Of a DNA stretch of 64,000 nt, positions 56,045-64,000 are shown piece by piece; positions within the stretch are counted from its first letter, which is position 1, and every line of letters starts with the position of its first letter. Made by a program: the position numbers and the translations under genes. Source of the DNA: Microbotryum violaceum (taxonomy: Eukaryota). The notes under the pieces were generated by a model. That model was not told where the DNA came from, did not search any database, and saw only the letters and a list, made by a program, of their open reading frames with translations. The stretch covers positions 372,001 through 436,000 of the forward strand of contig CDLV01000004.1 of NCBI GenBank assembly GCA_001244265.2, read 5' to 3'.

Positions 56045-57490
56045 ATGGCACCACGCGCCACCGAGGGCGAGCGCGCCTGGCTCGACATCGACTCGCATCT
56101 CATCCGTGACGAGTCCGGCCAATGGCGTGTCCGTTGTGAACTTTGCAACAAACACTACAAGCTGCTTGGAGGGTACAGGTCACTCGACGGACCAACTGTA
56201 GCACCGGAACATGCACATGAGGCCAAACGAAACCTAAAAAAAAAAATCATTCGTATACACAAGCGCGAGTTCAATCCGTCTACGGTCGACAGTCGGTACA
56301 GATGCAACGAGGCGGCGTTTGAGCTGATCGGTACCGACCGTGAGGTCCAAGCGGTGAGTGCTAAACAGCTTTCCCAGGAGATCAGATACAAAATATGTGG
56401 AATTCGGCTAAACCTTTGTTGATGTACCTATCTGATCTGATTAGGGTTTTGGCCACCTGAAGAAAAGATACCGCCGGCAGTTGCAGGCCAAGCTTGACAT
56501 GTTGGAGGCGCCGGGGAAAGCGGACCGTGCGAGGCACGACGAGTGGGCGGCGGAAAGGGCGCGTCGGCTGGTGATGGAACCCAAAGACATCATGACTCAA
56601 GACCCAATCCCGAGGACGTCGAAAATTTTGACTATGAGGTCCGGGAGGAGATCTACTACGTCATGTGGCCTGTTTGGGATGAATGGGCAGGGTACAAAGG
56701 GAATGGACGTCTGCCTCGGAGCCTGTTGACCGTGCTCATCCATTGGAGGAACGTGTTGTTCGATGCATACGATAACCAGAAGCGAAAGAGAGGTGGAGGG
56801 AGTGCGAGAGTTTTGAAGGAGTATAGGACCCGCATCCAAGACTTCGACGATATCCTCGCGCGCATCTTCACCGTCCCCGTCGACATTGCCGCCGAACATG
56901 AGGAATCGCGCCTATTCAGTGAAATCCTTTCACCCCTGTACCAAGAGTGCCAACGCCCCCTCCCTGAGGACGATGTAAGGACCGACGAGGACCAGGAGGG
57001 GGAGTGACCGCCTTTTAAGATGGATCTGAAAGGTGTACCGCCCTTTTCTCGGGAAACGTGTCCCGGACGATTACCGGGATCAGTTAGAAAGCGAACATCG
57101 CACCTGGCAAGCAGCGCTCAGACCATTTGCAACGACGGTGCTCGTCCACGTTCCCGAACCTCCCAAGCCGCCCACCGATGCGGACCTCGAGCCCGAAAGG
57201 AAGAAGATCTGGGACTCCTGGATTGTTGAGTGTGCCCACATGTGGTTGGCGCTGTCGAGCAAACAGAGGGACGCGTATTGTTGGATGCGCAAGAAGGGGT
57301 CCGGCGGAGAGGGCGCCGCGTCGACCTCGGGGCACGAGAGGAGGACGCGATATCGGAACAGAGTTCGGCGACCGGCCAACATTCCGACCACGGATCGGCA
57401 GCCGGTTCGGAGGCCGAAAGCAACCTCTCCACCCTCTCCGAGCTGACCAGTCTGAGCGAGCTGGAGCGCGGCCTGGATACTGGGACATGA
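56045..57490 (+). CDS. second copy of the zinc-finger/HMG-like cargo gene (homopolymer frameshifts)
   Basis: Near-identical to 2189-3636; single-base indels at ~56610 and ~57330. Confidence 0.55.
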
Positions 57491-57886
57491 GGCACCATGA
57501 GTGTCAATTCACCGGTTAGGCGATGACCATCCCGAATTTTCCGTGAGCGTGTGTAGCTGTCTAGCTTGTATGTTGTGTTAATGGAGATCCTGCTCTGCAA
57601 TCATGATTCACTCCGAGGTACAATGCACTCCGAAGGGGGAAATTCTAGTTCAATCTTAAACCTTAGGGCAGGGCGTAGATACACTAGAACAGAGTCCTGC
57701 GCCTTCGGAAACGAGGAAGCGGTATGCGACGACATGCTTCATCAATTCTAGGACACTCTTAACAAGCACTGTACAACCGGCGTGGCGGTGTGTACCCCCG
57801 GAGGTACACATGACCGGTGCCCTCTCCAGCTGTGTACTCCCGGGGTTCCACGGCTCAGGCGCGGTCCGTCGCCGACGTCCTTGCTG

Positions 57887-58325
57887 ACTGCACTACAACA
57901 AACTTCCACGCATCCGTTCAGAGTTCAGGATGTGTCTGCAGTTACTGACTGGAACACCCGCCTGCGACGAAACCGACGAAATATTCGTTTGCTACATCCG
58001 ACTTGCACTCTGAAAAGCCCGCAAGGCCAATGCACTTCTCTAGCTGAATCTCCGTTCGAACCACCGAGCAGAGCGAAACTGTACTAGAACAATCTTCCAC
58101 GCACCCGTTCGAAGCTGAGGATGTGTCTTCAGTTACTGAACGGGATACCCTCCTGCGACAAGACCGACGAAAGATTTGTTTGCTACATCCGACTTGCACT
58201 CTGAAAAGCCCGCAAGGCCAACGCACTCCCTAACTGAATCTCCGTTCGAACTACCGAGCAGAGCGAAACTGCACTACAACAAACTTCCACGCTCCCGCTA
58301 AAAGCCCAGGAAGTGTCTGAACTTA
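57887..58325. repeat. 191-bp tandem repeat, ~2.3 copies
   Basis: TGAAAAGCCCGCAAGGCCAA at 58011 and 58202. Confidence 0.85.
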
Positions 58326-59023
58326 CCGAAAGGATTAACCTCCTGCCGTTGTAGAATCGGACATGTTATTATACAGTGATCTGCCACCGGTGACCGGCTT
58401 GGCACCCCGGGAGTACACAGCTTTGTCGGCGGCACAGGCCGGGTCCCCGGGGTTACACTCTTGTCGCGCGCCGACTCTGTGTATGTGTACCCCGGGAGTA
58501 CACAGCCCCTACAATGTCCTTGGCCGATGGACCAATATCCGACTACATAAACTATCACGTCAACGGAGTAGGTATGCGGTGACGTATTTCATTGATTTTT
58601 GCTGACATATTATCGCAAGCACTGTACAACGGAGCGCCGTTGGACGCGTCTGGACCCACTTCGGGGTGCTGTTGGAACAGAACAACTACAGCAACACCAA
58701 TCCTCACCGCCCCCGCCCCCCTCTGGCAACGTTCCCAAACCTGAACCTGCAAATGTCAGCACCGATGCGCACCAATTTTTAGTTTTCAACTTAGCAGAAC
58801 CTTCAAGCTTGTCACGTACTGCAGTTCGGTGAGTGTGGCCGTGGCGACCGGCTCGTGGGATCGTGGTCGTCAACGCGTCAACGCCTCATTAAGGCTGACA
58901 TCCATTTTACTTTTGTGCACTGGCGTCCACATTCTACCATGTGTGATATGGGCCGCATACAAAAAGCAAAGTTCTTCAATAACAAATAATCTACAGTCAA
59001 CAAATGCGCCAAACCATCCCTAG

Positions 59024-62000
59024 CTAGCCCATGGGCTCGTCGAGAATCTCGAGGTCGTCCGAGTCTTCACCCCTTGTCGAGCCTGACTCTCCGCCGCCCT
59101 CCCCGAGCTCAGCATCATCTTCTTCCTCGACCTCCTGCTCCGATAGTGAACCCAAAAGTTCTTCCATTCGTCTTTCATACACGTCATCACGGTCTCGCTC
59201 GGCCTGCTCCGCGGCTGAATCGGGGGTCAGGCCAAGTTCCCTTCGGAATGCGTCGAGGTCGATGGGTGTGTGGCGCACGTCCACGGCAGAGGGACCTGAT
59301 AAGCTGCGGCTCGACTCAGCGATGGGGCTCTGCATTTGAGTATTATTTAGCGTCGAAAGGCGGCGACCGAAATGACGTGGACTACCGCGCGAACGGCGCG
59401 ACACCTGTTTCGCCCGTCCGGCGAAAAGTCCCCCGATCAAACCAAATGCCGAGGGCTGCGATTCATGAACTGCGGGTGAACGCGTCCTAAACCAGACAAC
59501 CGAGAGATCATCGCGTTCGGCGAGCCGATCCAGACGCTCTTTGAACGAAATCTGCCGGCGTTGAGCACATGCCACACCGCAGTGCCAACCTCGCCCGCGC
59601 CGTCAGTTCCGAGAAGTTTCTTAGCCGCTTCGATCGTTTCTCGGGAACTAATAGAAGGGGCGACGTAAGGTATAGCACCAACACAAAGAAAGGGTGTGTC
59701 CATCTCACCTCGGTCCCCTGCCCATGCCTGAGATACCCTAACAAAGCGAGTGTCCTCATCTTCGAGCCACGCAAGTAGTTGTCGAACCTCAGCTCCGATC
59801 CGGAGAATCTCTTCTTCCGCCCTGGCTTTGAGTAAAACCGCCTTGATCCCTTTCTGAACATCGGTATCAATGCCCAAGGCGCAGTGTCGTGTACGAAAAA
59901 ACCGTCTGGCCAGAAAGCGTCCGTTGGCGACAGAGTCACAAGCGACTTAATTGTGGTAGCGAGCGGTAAGTTGTCCAGAATCTGGGCCGATTGCTCGGTC
60001 GCAGCATTTCGGTAATCCCCGACCGCTTTATTGTACATATTGATTGCCACTTTTACTTTCTTGCTGTGCGTCTGTGAGACGCTGACAAGCTTGCTGGCTT
60101 CGACTTGACCGATTGTCGCGCCGCTTCGTCCCCGACCCATTGAGTCAATTCGTTCTTGACAGCATTGCAATTGGACCGTCGCTTTGTGTAATGCGCGAAG
60201 TTTGACTACGCAGTTGCACAAATGCTGGAAATCTAGGTATGTCATGGGACATCAAACATCAGGTGGCGATACTCATAAAGATAGGACGCGCGCCGCACCT
60301 GAAGCTGCAAGCTCCTTCGTGCGATCGTATTCTTGTTGGTAAGCTCTTAGCTGTTGCTGCAAGCGAGCTTTCGCTTCATCGGAAGCCATTGGATCGAATC
60401 TGAACACACACTGCCAAGACTCAGTGTCAATTTTACGCCCTCGTCCTCCAATGGGGTTTGACGCGCCGAACGTACAGCCTTTCTTCCATGTGGTGTAGCC
60501 TCTGTACAATGTTAAACAGCTCTAATCGCTCCTTGTCCTCGTTCTCCCGACGTTGACCCGCCGTTGTGGCCGTTTGAGCAGCTCGTTGTAAATCCCATTG
60601 CGCGAGAAGGTCAGACTCGGACCATATTGCCGAAACGTCACTCAGATCAGTTTGTGCCCTTCCAAGCTGATCTTGAGCATTCGAAGGGACCGCACAATTA
60701 AGTAACGAACACGGCGTGAAAGTGTGGATGGCAGAGCATACCGAGGCTGTCAACACCGTTCTTGTTCATCAGGTCGATGCGACGCGAGATGTTGACGCGC
60801 CGGTGAGAAGCGCTCGCAGGACGATTGATCGGGATGAGCGATCGGAGCTGACTCCAAACGCGTTCGCATCCCTCCCCATCCGTCAACCCAAAGTGCTGAA
60901 TCAGGCGCGGGTTGTACTCAGGCTGGCAGGGCCATTGATGAGCAAAAGCATGAAACACGCTCGTGGCAAACTTCAATCTCGGAAACAGATCGGGAAGGAT
61001 ACTTCTCTGCAGGCGATCGAAGTACAGTACAGGTCAGCGGCGCCCCAGGGCCAGAAATCTAAGGAACGACGGATCCGCCACTCTTGCTGACCGATTGCAT
61101 GTAGCCGTCCAAATTACACGCAACATCATACAGCACTCCGAGTGTATCGTTGGAAGGGAGTTGGTTCGAAATATGTTGCAGCAGCGATAAGCCGTAGTAG
61201 CGCCTGCCTCATCAAAAACGAGCGTCAGGCCTTGTAAGCGGTTGAAAGAGGAGCTGAGCTGACGAGCTTTTCGCCTGATTGATACAAGTTGACCATCTTC
61301 AACGCGATATCGTGACGGCAAACACAGGCAACTAGGCCCGTATCGGACTTGCCCCGCGAGATTGTGTCGCACCGCCGTTGGCCGCTTTCCACGAATCGGC
61401 ACAGGCCTTCAAGACGCGAGAGGAAGGGCGTCAGCGCGTTGAAAGGATCGCAGGGGCGGCTCGGATCAGCGGACCTTTTCTGACTTCTTGCTGTCGCCAC
61501 CATCAGCCCTCTCCTTCATCGATTCGAGCTCGCCTTCGCCGATGAAGAGGGCTGGCGTCGACTCCTGAGAATCGTATTTGGCTGAGGTGTCGCGAGAATG
61601 TTGGAAGTTGCCATCCAGAGCGACAAGATGCTGCACTTCGACTCTATGGTGGGCTTGATTTAGACGCGTCAATCCGTAGCATGCTGGACACTTATCCGAG
61701 GGAGAATCCGCGACACGAGGACGAGGTCGCCCAATTCTCGCTCGGATGTCGTGAGAGCCCGAAATTCGTCAAGGGCGCGCTGGAGTTGCTTTCGCAGCTC
61801 CTTGTCCTGCGCGAACGATGATAAATATCAGATAATGATCAATAGCAACCATGACAGGGGGTCGAGCTCACGAATTTATGCTGACTCAGGCCCGACCGAT
61901 CCCATCCAGTTTGCTCATAGAAAATGTCGAGCCCGCGAGCTGCTCCATCAACAGGAAACGGCGCGGTGCTCCACCAGAAGTCGAGGAATTGTACAAGTCG

Positions 62001-62284
62001 AAAGGGGAAGGCAGAGCGAGGAGCAGCTGCGGTCGATCCGATCAATCCGATCTGAGCAAGGCGCTCGGCGTACGTAAGGCATGGGCTATCGCTGCTGGAT
62101 CTCGGACAAAAAGCGATCGGTACCTCGACCACTGCATCGATTCGACCTTGTCAGCGCGTTATCGACACAGTGACCCAACTTGCCTTATTCACATACAGCT
62201 TATGACGTCGTACACGTCAAGCAGTAATGTGAGGGGGCTCTCGCATGAACAAGGCGGCGGCACTTCGCTAGCGACCGAACCCTG
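59024..62284 (-). pseudogene. KDZ transposase copy B, separated from its 5' exon (62862-63470, +) by an inversion
   Basis: Same motifs as 10031-13895; reads ...EELCQ|GSVASE across the inversion breakpoints. Confidence 0.85.
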
Positions 62285-63555
62285 AGGTGCGATGACGTCG
62301 CCCCCAGCCAGGCGCAGCACAGACACATGAGGGGAACGGGGGCTGCGGAACGGTGACGGTGTAGTACCAAGACGAGTCAGGGCATCCGCAGATGCAGCCA
62401 TAATGAAAGACTGACCATGTTGTGTCAAGAGTGAGATTGGATGGGTTATAGCGAGGCAGGAATGTGGCGCCAAGAGGGAGAGAAGACGCGCCCAATCGCG
62501 GGTGGGGGACGGCGTCGGCCTCTGTCGGCCTTTCAGATCGGCAGGTCCATTAAGCCAGCACCTCTGGCTACATATATAAGCACGCTAAAAAGTGGCGCGC
62601 GCCGCGCGCCTCCGACCCTCGCTTCCGCGCGACGTAGCCAAACATGTTGCCCCCCTGCAACCCGGGTTGCTGGATGGCCCGAGGACTAGGGCAACTTGCT
62701 AATGAGATTGACCTATTATTAGGGAGTACTTGTGCAGTCGCCCGCAGAGCTGTCTCTTCCAGCCTCCCCCCGCTCAGCGCCAAATCAGACCCGCCTCAGT
62801 TCTAAGACGAGCACCAACTATTGTAACACACAGTAATACATTCTCGAATTTGCATCAGACAATGGGCAGGCATAAATGGAATCGCTTCAAGTTCCGACCT
62901 GACTACTTCGAGGGACATCCTGACTATAAGCCCCGACGCCTTCGTTCGGACCCTCAACTCCGCACCAACATCCCCGGAACCCGGCACATGGTTACGTACA
63001 CTGCGCGCCAAATTCAGCAAAGAACCTTCAATGAACATGCTCGTGGCGAAGCTAGCTCGCCGTCTCCTCGGCCTCCAATGGCCCTCCGATTCAGGCCGAT
63101 TTCGACGAAGCCGCCAACCCGAGTGGGATGGATTGGGATGATGAACGCCACAGCGAGTACGGTGGTGGCTATGAACGCGACTTTAGTCCGGCCCCATACT
63201 TTCCGGATCGAACATCCCATATACCAATCGCGCCTGACTATAGTGCAAACGCCGAGCGATTATCACTGGCTGATCTGCGCCAAGTCGAAAGTTTCGAACC
63301 AGCCACACGTGGTCAGTCGAAGCAAGAAACGTACAAGCAGTTCGTGTTCAACGACTCTCGTCTTAGGCGCTTGGAACGGCCAGCGCTTCTGCGCCAGTAT
63401 ATCGCGTTTTGCGCTGGGTTCAAAGGTCATCTACGGCCCTTGATTGACGTGGACGAGGAGCTGTGCCAGGCTGGAGCTGGTCTCCTCGGGAAGACCGCCA
63501 TCCTTGACGTTTGCGCCTATGATCAGGACCGACAGGGCATCTGGCGTCTTCCAGC

Positions 63556-64000
63556 ATGGTGGACATCCACCTCTATTACACCCCAACTGACGTACACACC
63601 CACTCTCTTTCCCTGCCACGGTGATTCCTCGGCCCCACATCGCTCATTAACCACCATCAGGGACTCGCCGCCAAAGTCGCCGCCTCGGGATCAGGCACAA
63701 CCGGAGGAGCTGCCCCTCCCTTAGCCCAATATGGTGCACGCCAACAACAGTACGGTGCTCCGCCCCAACAACAACAACAATACGGTGCGCCTCAGCAACA
63801 ACAGGCTCCCGCGTATGGTGCATCTCCGGGAAGTGGAGCGCCGGCTTATGGATCACAGCAGAAGCCGGCGGGTAATACGTATGCTCCTCCTCCGGGTCCG
63901 CCACCTCCAAGTAAGAATCGACGTGAGTCGACGGGAGAAATGGATACTACGGTAGGGATCAGAAAGAGCTAATGAAGCGAGGGATTGAATACAGCTACCA
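63556..64000 (+). CDS. 5' part of a host gene with Gly/Pro/Gln/Tyr-rich N-terminus (MGLAAKVAAS..., resembling fungal vWA-domain proteins)
   Basis: ATG 63556-63558, intron 63559-63660, exon 63661-63910 (GLAAKVAASGSG...QQYGAPPQQQ...YAPPPGPPPP), GTAAG donor at 63911. Confidence 0.55.

Larger units (their letters stand above)
55526..63470 (-). mobile_element. KDZ family 1 copy B, left-truncated, without the copia insertion, terminal segment inverted
   Basis: 55526-62284 is a direct copy of 1671-13301 minus copia-1; 62559-63470 is an inverted, more diverged copy of ~13298-14191. Confidence 0.9.

Noticed and set aside
55526-61550. Frameshifts between KDZ copies as biological recoding
   Set aside because: Nearly all are single-base differences in G/C homopolymers, typical of long-read error; pseudogene status across the window may be overstated.

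Overview
Eukaryotic, intron-rich DNA that reads like a basidiomycete fungus (short GT-AG introns, a CAP64-like gene, KDZ transposons; Pucciniomycotina is an inference). Most of the window is nested transposable elements. Four host genes are visible: a GT77-like glycosyltransferase, a 5'-truncated SGNH/CAP64-like gene, a PDI-like thioredoxin protein and the start of a Gly/Pro/Gln-rich protein. Mobile elements resolved by their ends: two Kyakuja-Dileera-Zisupton (KDZ) families with CACCTC termini (family 1 in two copies, family 2 once) that share a homologous cargo gene; a full-length Ty1/copia element; a 4.4-kb palindrome of two copia 3' halves; a 6.5-kb TIR element encoding a Ulp1-like protease and a P-element-like transposase, plus a deleted second copy hosting Mutator-like, CACTG, pogo-like and Helitron derivatives. 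The most striking observations are (1) LTRs of two different copia families carry variable numbers of a repeat unit bounded by GTTAGT...TAG, suggesting an intron regenerated during reverse transcription, (2) the Ulp1 + P-like transposon and (3) the conserved two-gene KDZ architecture. Domain calls are from motif recognition by eye, not database searches.
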